Source: an uncultured Methylococcaceae bacterium
GTDB lineage: Bacteria > Pseudomonadota > Gammaproteobacteria > Methylococcales > Methylomonadaceae
Assembly: GCA_903928685.1 (NCBI GenBank)
Contig: CAIYRS010000032.1
Coordinates: forward strand, 414 to 64,413
Reading direction: 5' to 3'
DNA length: 64,000 nt
Shown here: piece by piece, positions 30,579 to 40,343 of the stretch
How the letters are laid out: the number at the start of each line of letters is the position of its first letter
Position numbering within the stretch: position 1 is the first letter of the stretch
Position numbers and translations under genes: made by a program
Notes under the pieces: generated by a model
Databases searched by the model: none
What the model saw: the letters and a program-made list of their open reading frames with translations, nothing else
Told to the model about the DNA's origin: nothing

Positions 30579-32153
30579 ATGCAAGATCAGATAACGGAAA
30601 TCCTTGTTTATTTAAAAGGCACTTTAAAATATAAGTGGGTTGCGATTGCTATTGCTTGGATACTCTGCTTATCCGGTTGGATGGTGGTTATTAGCTTGCC
30701 GAATAAATACACTTCTGAAGCAAAAGTCCATGTGGAAACAAGGACAATGCTGTTACCGCTTTTGAAGAGCATGACCGTACAAACCGATGTCCGGGCGTTG
30801 CTCAGGGTCATGCAATTGCTGATGTTTACGCGAGGTAATCTTGAACAAATCATCGCCTTGTCTAATTTGGATAAAGATATAAAAACCCCAGATGAGCAAT
30901 CGAAACTGATAGAAAAGCTCAAAAAAGATATACAAATTATCGGCGGGGCAGATGATATATTCGCCATCAAATATGAGTCCAACGACCCATCCCAAGCTAA
31001 AAATGTCGTACAGTCAGTATTAACGGTTTTTTCTGAACAAACCCAACAATCTACGTTGGCAGGCGCGGATATGGCGCACCATTTTATTGACCAGCAAATT
31101 CAAGAGTATGAAACTCGGCTGAGAAATGCCGAAAAAGCCAAAGAAAATTTCAAACGTGCCAACTTAGGTTTGTTGCCGGATCAAGGTGTCGACCAAATTG
31201 GGCAAATCCAACAAATTAAAGCCACCTTGGAAGATGCCAAGCAATTGATGAAAGAAGCGGTGTCAAGAAGGGATGTACTCAAAGCCCAATTAGACGAAGC
31301 GCTGATTTCTGGCGATGAAAATTGGGCGGTATTGCCCGATGGTCAAGTGACTGATGAAGAAGGCAGGCTGGCAGAGTTAAAACAGAAAAAACAAGATTTG
31401 TTAATTAAATTCACTAGCAAGCATCCTGAAATCAAATACATCGACCAAACCATCAAGCAGCTGGAAAAAGTCAATGCCGAAAAGCGTGAAAAAATAACGC
31501 AACTCGGAGGCGTGGAAAGTTCAGTCATAACCAATCCATACATCCAATCCATTAAAGTGGAAATGAACACCGTGGATGCAAACATTGCTTCAATACGTTC
31601 ACGCGTTGAAATGTTTGAACAGCGTTTGACCAAATCCCAAGACGAGTTAAACACCCGCTTGTCGATTGAAACCCAAATCCAAAACCTTAACCGCGATTAT
31701 GACGCGATAAAACGCAACTATGACCAACTTTTGGCAAGCCGGGAACAAGCCAGCATGTCGAAAAAAGTTGACGACCAAGCCGAAGCCTTAAAATTTAAAA
31801 TCGCCGACGCGCCAAACGTGCCGTTAAAACCATCCTCACCCAATCGGGAATTATTGTTTTCGGTGGTGCTGGTCGCGGGTATCGGTATGGGCGTTGGTGT
31901 CGCCTTATTGATTTATATGTTGAGGCCAACGGTGATGTCGACCGCGCAATTACGGCAATTAACAGGATTACCAATACTAGGCACCATTTCCATGAAAATC
32001 AGTCCGGTTTTGGAGGAAAAGCACCGTCAAGATGTGCTGTTATTTAATTTAACCTTTCTAGGGTTGATTGTGGTGTATGCCTTGTTTATGGCTGTGTCTA
32101 TTATGGGTATTAAAGTCACCTTTTTATCGCGTTTGCTGCAAAGCATTCTCTAA
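30579..32153 (+). CDS. polysaccharide chain-length determinant protein (Wzz/PCP, PEP-CTERM locus subfamily)
   Basis: N-terminal and C-terminal TM helices flank a long coiled-coil periplasmic region. 524 aa. Its position before the tyrosine kinase is typical of a split PCP-2b pair. Confidence 0.8.
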   Translation: MQDQITEILVYLKGTLKYKWVAIAIAWILCLSGWMVVISLPNKYTSEAKVHVETRTMLLPLLKSMTVQTDVRALLRVMQLLMFTRGNLEQIIALSNLDKDIKTPDEQSKLIEKLKKDIQIIGGADDIFAIKYESNDPSQAKNVVQSVLTVFSEQTQQSTLAGADMAHHFIDQQIQEYETRLRNAEKAKENFKRANLGLLPDQGVDQIGQIQQIKATLEDAKQLMKEAVSRRDVLKAQLDEALISGDENWAVLPDGQVTDEEGRLAELKQKKQDLLIKFTSKHPEIKYIDQTIKQLEKVNAEKREKITQLGGVESSVITNPYIQSIKVEMNTVDANIASIRSRVEMFEQRLTKSQDELNTRLSIETQIQNLNRDYDAIKRNYDQLLASREQASMSKKVDDQAEALKFKIADAPNVPLKPSSPNRELLFSVVLVAGIGMGVGVALLIYMLRPTVMSTAQLRQLTGLPILGTISMKISPVLEEKHRQDVLLFNLTFLGLIVVYALFMAVSIMGIKVTFLSRLLQSIL

Positions 32154-32172
32154 GCGTTGTTTGGGGCATTAA

Positions 32173-33216
32173 ATGAGTATCATAGAAAAAGCACTAAGCA
32201 AAGCGGGTAGCGATAGCTTAATTTCGCAAGCACTTGAGGCCAATAGCCCAGAAGCTGAAGAGATTGTCGAAGTTGATGAAGAGCAAGATAAATTAATCGC
32301 CAAGATCAATAAAGCAGAAAGAGAAAGCAATTTATTCAAATCGTTTGAAGAAAACGAAGCCAGCGATGACGACGATGATGATGATAATTACTTCAACCCG
32401 CCGAAAGAGAAGGCCAAGGTAAAAGCCAAAGCCCCTGTTAAAAAGCGAACACAATCAATCGATACAACATCAAACCAATATGTGGAAATTGATTGGACAA
32501 GGCTTGAAGAAATGGGCTTTGTTTCTCCTGGCGATATTAATACCCAAGCTATAGAAGAGTACCGCAATTTAAAACGCCCATTGGTTGAAAATGCCTTTGG
32601 ACTTAACAGCGTCGGTATACCACGCGGCAATCTCATCTTGGTTACTAGCAGCGTTCCCGAAGAAGGTAAAACCTTTACTGCCATCAATTTGGCATTAAGT
32701 ATCGCCAATGAACGTGACAAACAAGTGTTATTGATTGATGCTGACGTTGCCAGACCATCGGTGTCAAAAACCCTCGGTATTGAATACCCGATAGGCTTAA
32801 TTGATTATCTGGAAAACGATGACATTGCCTATGCCGATATAGAAGTTAAAACCAATATGCCGGGTTTAACTCTGATTACCGCTGGTAAACTGCATAAACA
32901 TTCAACAGAATTGCTATCCAGCAATAAAATGGCCGCGTTTGCGGAAGAGTTAAGTAATCGCTATCCCGATAGAATTGTTATATTTGATTCACCACCGTTA
33001 TTAGCGGCAACGCAAGGTGATGTTTTAGCGAAATTGGTTGGGCAAATTGTGTTAGTGATTGAGGCGGAGCGCACTTTGCAAAGCATGGTAAAAGCCTCGG
33101 TTGATAAATTAGCCGCCTGTGAGGTGGTGTTAGCGGTTTTAAATAAAACTAAAATGGGTCTGGTAGATAGTTATTATGGCTATGGATACGGTTACGGTCG
33201 TTATGGGCATAAATAA
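32173..33216 (+). CDS. XrtA-associated chain-length-determinant tyrosine autokinase (BY-kinase)
   Basis: Walker A SSVPEEGKT, Walker A' LLIDADVARP, Walker B IVIFDSPP and a C-terminal tyrosine cluster SYYGYGYGYGRYG. The N-terminal region has a DDDDDDD run followed by a Lys-rich patch. Confidence 0.85.
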   Translation: MSIIEKALSKAGSDSLISQALEANSPEAEEIVEVDEEQDKLIAKINKAERESNLFKSFEENEASDDDDDDDNYFNPPKEKAKVKAKAPVKKRTQSIDTTSNQYVEIDWTRLEEMGFVSPGDINTQAIEEYRNLKRPLVENAFGLNSVGIPRGNLILVTSSVPEEGKTFTAINLALSIANERDKQVLLIDADVARPSVSKTLGIEYPIGLIDYLENDDIAYADIEVKTNMPGLTLITAGKLHKHSTELLSSNKMAAFAEELSNRYPDRIVIFDSPPLLAATQGDVLAKLVGQIVLVIEAERTLQSMVKASVDKLAACEVVLAVLNKTKMGLVDSYYGYGYGYGRYGHK

Positions 33217-33244
33217 TCGCACCCTACAAATCAACAAATAAGTC

Positions 33245-34768
33245 ATGAAACCATCATCAACCCTTGATTTTATAAAGCTTATCGGTGTATTGACAACCTG
33301 CTATAACACGCCCGTTTTTGCCATTAACTGGAGCGTTAACCCGTTTCTGCAAACCCAAGAAGTATATTCCGACAATATTAGGTTGACACCTCAAGATAGC
33401 CAGATAGGTGCGTTTGTCACCGACGTTAGTCCCAGTATTTCTGTGGTTGGGCAATCGGCAAAAACCACCATGAACTTAAATTACCGGATGCAAAACTTGT
33501 ACAACGCCAGGGGTGACGAGCAACTGTCAACCTTTAACCAACTACAGGCAAATGGTCGTTTGATATTAGTGCCAAACCGTTTTTTTTTGAATTCTAGCAG
33601 CTCCATAAGCCAGCAAAATATCAGCAACACCAACATTGCCAACGATAACATCAGTGGTTCTGGCAACCGCACCAATGTCAGCACCTTCTCGCTGTCGCCA
33701 ACATGGACACCCCGTCTAGGCAATTACGCCAATGCCAATATACAAGGCAGCTTCAATAGTATTAGCAACGACCAAGCCGCAGCCGTAGGTAGCGTTGGTT
33801 TATCAGATAGCATTAACACCGCAGAAAATATCCAGTTAACCAGCGGTAGAGAATTTAAGCGTATCACTTGGAACTTGGGTTTTAGTAACAATGAAAACAA
33901 CCGGACATCATCCAGTGCCAATGATGTTGTTTTTCAAAATACCAGTGGCACTATCAGAACCCATCTCAGCAAGCAGATTAATTTATTTGCCACTGGCGGT
34001 TACAGCAATAACAGTTTCCAAACAGCGTTTAACAACAATAATGGTTTTTCCTATACCTTAGGGGCGCAATGGCGGCCTAGCAATTACTACAATATTGAGG
34101 CGGGATACGGAAATAATCGTTATGTTTCGCTTAACTTAACGCCAACCCGTCGGCTAAGTTGGGCAACAACTTTCCGCGACAACCAAATTGGCTTAAATTC
34201 TGGGCAAACATGGCAGTCCGCGTTAAATTACAGTACTAGGAAATCTACCTGGTCACTCAGCCATGAAAATGACACCACCACTACCCAAGCCATTTTGCTT
34301 AGCCAACAGCAAGTTACCGTGGATGTAAATCCCGATCCGTTAATCAACCAGCCCGTGCAGTTTTTGGTGAATGTACCTACACTTACCAACGATGTTATCG
34401 TCAGAAAAATGTGGATATTTTCCGGCTCGTATTTTTCAGGGAAATCCACCGTCAGTGCCAGAGGTTTTTTTGAAGACAGGGAATTTCAAGTAGCAACCAC
34501 TAAAGAAAAAGTCAGTGGTGTTAGCGCTAACTGGAATTGGCGCTTTGCCACTAAAACCAGCGCGTATCTTGCTCCGCAATGGCAGCAGATTGATAGGGCA
34601 GCACCAACCAATGACAACCGCTATGATGTTGCCATTGGCTTAAATCGCCAAATCGCTAAACATATTAATGGACGTTTGGAATTTCGCCATTTAGAGCAGT
34701 CATCGGCAATAATTACCAACAATTATCAAGAAAATCGGGCAACCGCCAGCTTATTTATGAATTTTTAA
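33245..34768 (+). CDS. PEP-CTERM system-associated outer-membrane beta-barrel protein (TIGR03016-like)
   Basis: Signal peptide, N/S/T/Q-rich alternating beta-strand pattern and a terminal aromatic residue (ASLFMNF) typical of OMPs. Its position matches the conserved locus order. Confidence 0.65.
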   Translation: MKPSSTLDFIKLIGVLTTCYNTPVFAINWSVNPFLQTQEVYSDNIRLTPQDSQIGAFVTDVSPSISVVGQSAKTTMNLNYRMQNLYNARGDEQLSTFNQLQANGRLILVPNRFFLNSSSSISQQNISNTNIANDNISGSGNRTNVSTFSLSPTWTPRLGNYANANIQGSFNSISNDQAAAVGSVGLSDSINTAENIQLTSGREFKRITWNLGFSNNENNRTSSSANDVVFQNTSGTIRTHLSKQINLFATGGYSNNSFQTAFNNNNGFSYTLGAQWRPSNYYNIEAGYGNNRYVSLNLTPTRRLSWATTFRDNQIGLNSGQTWQSALNYSTRKSTWSLSHENDTTTTQAILLSQQQVTVDVNPDPLINQPVQFLVNVPTLTNDVIVRKMWIFSGSYFSGKSTVSARGFFEDREFQVATTKEKVSGVSANWNWRFATKTSAYLAPQWQQIDRAAPTNDNRYDVAIGLNRQIAKHINGRLEFRHLEQSSAIITNNYQENRATASLFMNF

Positions 34769-34770
34769 TT

Positions 34771-35724
34771 ATGTACGAAGACTTCTATCGCTTACGTAAA
34801 AAACCCTTTCAGCTAAATGCGGATATTGAATTTTTCTATAACAGTAAAATTCATCAAAAAGCCCTCACTTACATGCGCTATGGCATCACCAAAGGCGAAG
34901 GCTTTATCGTTATTACAGGCACACCGGGGACTGGTAAAACCTTATTGGTTAAGCAGTTGGTCAATAGCCTAAATAAAGAAAAAGTGGCTATGGGCGTGAT
35001 TGTGTCTTCCCAAGTTGGCGCCAATGATTTATTGGGTGTTATTGCCACTGCCTTTGGTATGCCCAAACGCAGCGAAAATAAAGCTGAATTATTAGCGAAT
35101 ATTGAGCGGTTTTTTATCGAACAAGTCATGTCCGGCAAAAAAGTGTTGTTGATTATCGACGAGGCGCAAAATCTGCCAAAAGACGCCTTGGAAGAATTAC
35201 GCATGTTGTCCAATTTTGAAAGGAATGGACGGCTTTTATTGCAGACATTTTTGGTCGGTCAAACGCAATTGACAGAAAAACTGGTATCGCCGGAAATGGA
35301 GCAATTCAGTCAACGTATCGTCGCCACCTGCCAATTAAAGCCATTTAATGAAGAAGAAACCAGAAACTACATCTTGTTCCGGCTTAAAAAAGTCGGCTGG
35401 CAGAAAAATCCAGAATTTACCGAAGAGGTTTTTTCCTTAGTCAGTGAATATTGCCAAGGTATTCCTAGGCGGATTAATAGCTTATGTGACCGCTTGTTTT
35501 TATTTGGTTATCTTGAAGAATTACGGCTATTTGATGGCGAGCAAGTAAGAAAAGTTATTGCCGATATTGAAGAAGAAGCCGCGCCGCTGAATGAAAGCTA
35601 TTTTGATATGAGTGATCCAGAGCTTGAAGAAAACGTAATGGTAAACGGCTCGCTAGAACAACGGGTGGCTGCACTAGAAAATACTATCGCTAAATTGCGT
35701 CAGGCCTTAGGGGTAAAAAGTTAA
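34771..35724 (+). CDS. XrtA/PEP-CTERM system-associated AAA ATPase (ExeA-like)
   Basis: Walker A GTPGTGKT and Walker B LLIIDEAQNL. The N-terminal FYRLRKKPF motif is typical of the ExeA/GspA-like family. Confidence 0.8.
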   Translation: MYEDFYRLRKKPFQLNADIEFFYNSKIHQKALTYMRYGITKGEGFIVITGTPGTGKTLLVKQLVNSLNKEKVAMGVIVSSQVGANDLLGVIATAFGMPKRSENKAELLANIERFFIEQVMSGKKVLLIIDEAQNLPKDALEELRMLSNFERNGRLLLQTFLVGQTQLTEKLVSPEMEQFSQRIVATCQLKPFNEEETRNYILFRLKKVGWQKNPEFTEEVFSLVSEYCQGIPRRINSLCDRLFLFGYLEELRLFDGEQVRKVIADIEEEAAPLNESYFDMSDPELEENVMVNGSLEQRVAALENTIAKLRQALGVKS

Positions 35725-36053
35725 GGAATCGATGAGCTACTTGATTCCGATCATGCTTCGACAGGCTCTCGGCAACTGCTCCATGCGTTGCTCTACCTCC
35801 TGCATCCATGCAGTCGAGCACGAACGGAATCAAGTAGTTACCGTTCGGCCTGAGCTTGTCGAAGGCTTTGTTCAGCGATTCCTTAAGTATCGTAAGGCGC
35901 ATTAGCGACAGCGTCATGCGCCGGATGCTTGAAATCCAACATGCGGTGCAATACGGCTATCGCCTATTGCACCCTACAGTAGGTGTTTTACGGATTTTTT
36001 AAACATTTGTTATATAAAGCGTAGGTTGGGTTAGCGGCAGCGTAACCCAACAC
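35725..36053. repeat. mosaic of at least four extragenic repeat modules splitting the EPS locus
   Basis: Modules found:
- Paired GGAATCAAGTAG hairpins.
- Module 35768-35818, whose reverse complement also occurs at 40545-40592.
- Module 35926-35977, whose reverse complement matches 1504-1568.
- GTAGGTTGGGTTAGCGGCAGCGTAACCCAAC at 36021-36053. Confidence 0.8.
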
Positions 36054-36142
36054 AGGTCGCAATAAATGCTGGATTACGCCACCGTTTCCATCCTTATTCA
36101 AATGCAATTGAACAAAACTTAGGCAACAACCTGGAAATCCCC

Positions 36143-36979
36143 ATGAAAATAACCAATGCCATGACGGTTGATGTCGAAGACTACTTTCAAGTATCGGCGT
36201 TTGAACCACATATCAGCAAACAACAATGGGATGTTTTACCGCATCGCGTAGCGGCAAACACCAACAGAATCCTCGATTTATTCGCCGCCCACGGCGTTAA
36301 AGCCACCTTTTTTACTCTTGGCTGGGTGGCAGAACGTTACCCTGAGCTCATCAAGCGCATTGTTGCAGAAGGCCACGAACTGGCTTGCCACGGCTACCAA
36401 CATATCCGCGTTACCGAACAAACCCCCGAACAATTCCGCGCCGATGTCATTAAAAGCAAAACTATCTTAGAAGACTTGGGTGGGGTAGCGGTTATCGGTT
36501 ACCGTGCCGCCAGTTATTCCATCAATACCAGCAATCTCTGGGCTTTAGATATTTTGCAACAACTCGATTTTGCCTACAGCTCCAGCATTTATCCGGTGCA
36601 ACACGATTTATACGGCATCCCCGATGCCCCGCGATTTATGTACCAGCCAATAGCAGGCCAAGATTTTAAAGAAATCCCTATTTCCACCTTACGCTTAGGC
36701 AACAAAAATCGCCCGTGCGGTGGTGGCGGATTTTTCCGCTTGTATCCCTATGCCATCTCCAAATTAGCCTTCCAGCATCTTAACCAACGCGAACAACAAG
36801 CCTGTATTTTTTACTGCCACCCGTGGGAAATAGATCCAGAGCAACCCCGGCAAACCGGATTAAGCCTTAAAACCCGTTTCCGGCATTATCTTAACCTCAA
36901 TAAAATGGAACAACGCATCACCCATTTATTGAACGATTTTGCTTGGGACACGATGGCAAATGTCTTCCTTAATAAATAA
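36143..36979 (+). CDS. XrtA-system polysaccharide deacetylase (NodB/CE4 fold, PEP-CTERM locus subfamily)
   Basis: N-terminal MTVDVEDYFQVSAFE signature, followed by FTLGWVAERYPEL and ELACHGYQH. Confidence 0.85.
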   Translation: MKITNAMTVDVEDYFQVSAFEPHISKQQWDVLPHRVAANTNRILDLFAAHGVKATFFTLGWVAERYPELIKRIVAEGHELACHGYQHIRVTEQTPEQFRADVIKSKTILEDLGGVAVIGYRAASYSINTSNLWALDILQQLDFAYSSSIYPVQHDLYGIPDAPRFMYQPIAGQDFKEIPISTLRLGNKNRPCGGGGFFRLYPYAISKLAFQHLNQREQQACIFYCHPWEIDPEQPRQTGLSLKTRFRHYLNLNKMEQRITHLLNDFAWDTMANVFLNK

Positions 36980-36991
36980 CCGAACAAGGCC

Positions 36992-38011
36992 ATGATAAAG
37001 CGACTTGATACAGCGGCATTTCCCCGTTGGGACAACTTTGTACAAAGCCACCCGGAGGCGACGTTTTTTCATCTATCCGGCTGGAAAACCGTTATCGAAA
37101 AAGCCTTTCGGCATCGCTGCTATTTTTTGTATAGCGAGCAAGATGGCGAAATCACAGGCGTGTTGCCTTTGGTGCATGTTAATAGTTTGTTGTTCGGCAA
37201 TAACCTTAGCTCAACCGCATTCTGTGTTTACGGCGGTATTGTCGCCAATGATGCAGACAGCTACGCGGCTTTGGATGCCGAAGCTTGTCGCTTGGCGGCA
37301 GAATTACAGGTCGATAGCCTAGAAATGCGTAACCGTCAGCGGCAAAATTCTGAGCGGCCTTTTAAAGAGTTGTATGTGACTTTCCGCAAACAATTGGATA
37401 GCGATGTTGAAAAAAACTTTTTGGCAATCCCCAGAAAACAACGGGCGATGGTCAGAAAAGGCATTGATGCGGGCTTAACCAGCACCATCGATAGCGGCGT
37501 CGGGCGATTACACCAAGCCTATTCCGAAAGCGTCCGCAATCTGGGTACGCCAGTGTTTTCCAAAAACTATTTCCAAACCTTAAAAGACGTATTTAAAGAC
37601 CAATGCGAAGTGCTGAGCGTTGAACATAACGGGCAACTTATCGCCAGCGTGATGAATTTTTATTTTAGGGATGAAGTTTTACCGTATTACGGCGGCGGCA
37701 CGGATTTGGCGCGCGAGCTGAAAGGCAACGATTTTATGTACTGGGAAGTGATGCGCCGCGCCGTGGAAAAAGGCGTGAAAGTTTTTGATTACGGGCGCAG
37801 CAAAATCGGTACCGGTTCTTACAGTTTTAAAAAGAATTGGGGCTTTACGCCTGAGCCGTTGTTTTATGAATTCCATTTGGTGAAAGCCACCGCCATGCCG
37901 GACATCAATCCGCTTAACCCTAAATACCAATTGTTCATCGCCGCTTGGAAGCGCTTGCCGCTGCCGATTAGCCAATTTATCGGCCCGTTCTTGTCCAAAG
38001 ACTTGGGATAA
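36992..38011 (+). CDS. FemAB-family XrtA/PEP-CTERM system-associated protein
   Basis: 339 aa with a GNAT-like FemAB fold pattern (FFHLSGW..., DFMYWEVMRRAVEKGVKVFDYGRS). It follows the deacetylase, as in the conserved set. Confidence 0.75.
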   Translation: MIKRLDTAAFPRWDNFVQSHPEATFFHLSGWKTVIEKAFRHRCYFLYSEQDGEITGVLPLVHVNSLLFGNNLSSTAFCVYGGIVANDADSYAALDAEACRLAAELQVDSLEMRNRQRQNSERPFKELYVTFRKQLDSDVEKNFLAIPRKQRAMVRKGIDAGLTSTIDSGVGRLHQAYSESVRNLGTPVFSKNYFQTLKDVFKDQCEVLSVEHNGQLIASVMNFYFRDEVLPYYGGGTDLARELKGNDFMYWEVMRRAVEKGVKVFDYGRSKIGTGSYSFKKNWGFTPEPLFYEFHLVKATAMPDINPLNPKYQLFIAAWKRLPLPISQFIGPFLSKDLG

Positions 38012-38014
38012 GCG

Positions 38015-39199
38015 ATGGAAAAGCTGCTGTTTCTTGCCCACCGCATCCCGTATCCGCCCAATAAAGGCGATAAAATCCGTTCTTACCATTTCTTAAAATA
38101 CTTGGCGGAGCGCTACCAAATATACCTGGGGACATTCATCGATGATGCCAATGACTGGCAATATACCGCCAATGTCGATGCCTTATGTGCCGCCAGTTTT
38201 TACCAAAAGCTTAACCCCCGCAACGCCAAAATAAAAAGCCTGCAAGGTTTGCTGACAGGCGACGCGCTCAGTTTGCCGTATTACCAAAACGCCGCCATGC
38301 AGGCTTGGGTGCAAACCACCGTAAAAACCCAAGGTATTAAGAAAATCTTGGTATTTTCTTCGGTGATGGCGCAATTCGTTGAATGCTTTGCCGATAGCGA
38401 TTTGGTGGTGGATTTTGTCGATGTCGATTCCGACAAATGGCGGCAATATGCAGAAAGCAAACACGGCATAGCCCGCTGGGTTTATGCTCGTGAAGCGAAA
38501 TATTTACTGGCCTACGAACAAAAAATTGCCCGATTAGCTAAAACCAGCCTATTTGTTTCTGCCCAAGAAGCCGAATTGTTCCGGCAATTGGCGCAAGTGG
38601 CTGGCGACAAAATCCAGCACGTTGATAACGGTGTTGATACCGATTATTTTTCCCCAGAACACAACTTTAGCTCACCCTACCAAACGGATGAACGTGTGCT
38701 GGTATTTACGGGCGCAATGGATTATTGGGCGAATGTCGATGCTGTCGTCTGGTTTGCCGAACAGGTGTTCCCGTTATTGGCGCAGCGTTATCCTCAGCTG
38801 AAGTTTTACATTGTCGGCGGTAAGCCCAGCAAAGCCGTGCAGGCCTTGGCGGCAAACGCCAATATCACCGTGATGGGCGGCGTTGTTGATGTGCGCCCGT
38901 ATATTGCCCATGCGGCAGTGTCGGTCGCGCCTTTGCGGATTGCCCGTGGTGTGCAGAATAAAGTCTTGGAAGCAATGGCAATGGGCAAAGCCATTGTTGC
39001 CACCAGCGCGGCAATGGAAGGCATTGCTTATCAAACGGATTTAGCCATCACCGTCAGCGATAGCGCTGTTGATTTTGCCGAACAATTGGCAAGTTTGTTG
39101 GCGAAGCCAGCAGTGGCGAATGGCAACCGAGAGTTTGTTAAAGCCCATTTCAGTTGGCAGCATAATGTCGCCAAGCTCGCAGCGTTTTTGCAAGGATAA
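38015..39199 (+). CDS. TIGR03087-type PEP-CTERM/XrtA system glycosyltransferase (GT4)
   Basis: Characteristic N-terminus LLFLAHRIPYPPNKGDKIRSYHFLKYLA, with a GT4 C-terminal domain (NKVLEAMAMGKAIVAT). Confidence 0.8.
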   Translation: MEKLLFLAHRIPYPPNKGDKIRSYHFLKYLAERYQIYLGTFIDDANDWQYTANVDALCAASFYQKLNPRNAKIKSLQGLLTGDALSLPYYQNAAMQAWVQTTVKTQGIKKILVFSSVMAQFVECFADSDLVVDFVDVDSDKWRQYAESKHGIARWVYAREAKYLLAYEQKIARLAKTSLFVSAQEAELFRQLAQVAGDKIQHVDNGVDTDYFSPEHNFSSPYQTDERVLVFTGAMDYWANVDAVVWFAEQVFPLLAQRYPQLKFYIVGGKPSKAVQALAANANITVMGGVVDVRPYIAHAAVSVAPLRIARGVQNKVLEAMAMGKAIVATSAAMEGIAYQTDLAITVSDSAVDFAEQLASLLAKPAVANGNREFVKAHFSWQHNVAKLAAFLQG

Positions 39200-39203
39200 C
39201 GCC

Positions 39204-40343
39204 ATGCCATCGCCGCCGCTGGTTGTGCATATCAATTACCGCTTAAGCATGGGCGGCTTGGAAAACGGTTTGGTTAACCTCATCAACACCATGCCCAAAG
39301 ATGCCTATCGCCACGCCATCGTCTGCCTAAAACCCGGCAATGACTTTACCCATAGGCTGCCCAGCGATGTCGCTGTTTATTGTCTTGATAAACAAGATGG
39401 TCAAGATTGGCCTTCATTCCTGCGGTTTTATCGGCTCTTAAAACAATTAAAACCCGCGATTGTGCATAGCCGCAATTTGGCGACGATTGAATACCAATTA
39501 TCCGCATGGGCGGCTGGCGTAAAGCAGCGTGTGCATGGCGAACATGGTTGGGATGTCTACGACCCAGACGGCAGCAACAAAAAATACCAGTGGCTGCGGC
39601 GGGGGTTAAAACTTTTTGTGTGTCGGTTTATCCCTTTATCCAAACATTTGGAAAGTTACTTATTGGATAAAATCCACGTTCCGCCCGCCAAAATCACCCG
39701 CATTATTAATGGTGTCGATACCGCGCATTTTTACCCTAGGGCAGGGCAGCGACTTGCCATAGCCGATTGCCCGTTAACGCTAGCCAGCGACGATTTTATT
39801 ATCGGCACCATAGGCCGTATGCACGGTGTTAAAGACCAGCTCACCTTAGTCAACGCCTTCATCCACTTGCACCAGCGAGCTGACCCCAAACTTCAGCCGC
39901 GCCTAAAACTCATCATTATTGGTGACGGCCCGTTGCGCGAACCTGCCTTGGCCTTATTGGCGCAACACAATTTACAAGCACAAGCCTGGTTGCCAGGCCA
40001 ACGTACCGATACCGCCGATCTGTTGCGGCTACTGGATTTGTTCGTGCTGCCATCGCAAGCCGAAGGCATTTCCAATACCATTTTGGAAGCGATGGCGACA
40101 GGCTTGCCCGTAGTTGCCACCGACGTAGGCGGCAATCCAGAGTTAGTCGCACATGGCGAAACTGGCCTGCTGACCCCGGTTGGCGATGTCCTCAGCATGG
40201 CAGCAAAATTAATGGCCTATGCCGACAATGCTACACAGTTGCAGCAACACGGTGCGAATGCCCGCCAACGGGTGCTGGCAGAATTCTCATTGACGGCAAT
40301 GGCGGCGCGTTATCAAAGCGTTTACGATGCGCTTTTGAACTGA
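39204..40343 (+). CDS. TIGR03088-type PEP-CTERM/XrtA system glycosyltransferase (GT4)
   Basis: Start set at the ATG at 39204, 4 nt after the preceding stop. The N-terminus VVHINYRLSMGGLENGLVNLIN is typical of the family, with the GT4 motif EGISNTILEAMATGLPVVATDVGGNPELV. The ORF-track start at 39069 overlaps the upstream gene. Confidence 0.8.
   Translation: MPSPPLVVHINYRLSMGGLENGLVNLINTMPKDAYRHAIVCLKPGNDFTHRLPSDVAVYCLDKQDGQDWPSFLRFYRLLKQLKPAIVHSRNLATIEYQLSAWAAGVKQRVHGEHGWDVYDPDGSNKKYQWLRRGLKLFVCRFIPLSKHLESYLLDKIHVPPAKITRIINGVDTAHFYPRAGQRLAIADCPLTLASDDFIIGTIGRMHGVKDQLTLVNAFIHLHQRADPKLQPRLKLIIIGDGPLREPALALLAQHNLQAQAWLPGQRTDTADLLRLLDLFVLPSQAEGISNTILEAMATGLPVVATDVGGNPELVAHGETGLLTPVGDVLSMAAKLMAYADNATQLQQHGANARQRVLAEFSLTAMAARYQSVYDALLN

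Noticed and set aside
37679-38089. Long antisense or out-of-frame ORFs inside well-supported genes (e.g. 37679..38089, 45438..45794, 52535..53074, 13192..13689, 42872..43372).
   Set aside because: Each lies fully within a gene on the opposite strand that has strong motif support. Their compositions (Arg/Ala/Gly-rich or low complexity) are typical of shadow ORFs.
39069-39203. ORF-track N-terminal extension of the second GT4 glycosyltransferase (start at 39069).
   Set aside because: It overlaps the last 131 nt of the upstream gene in another frame. The ATG at 39204 gives the family-typical N-terminus (PPLVVHINYRLSMGGLENG) and a 4-nt intergenic gap.
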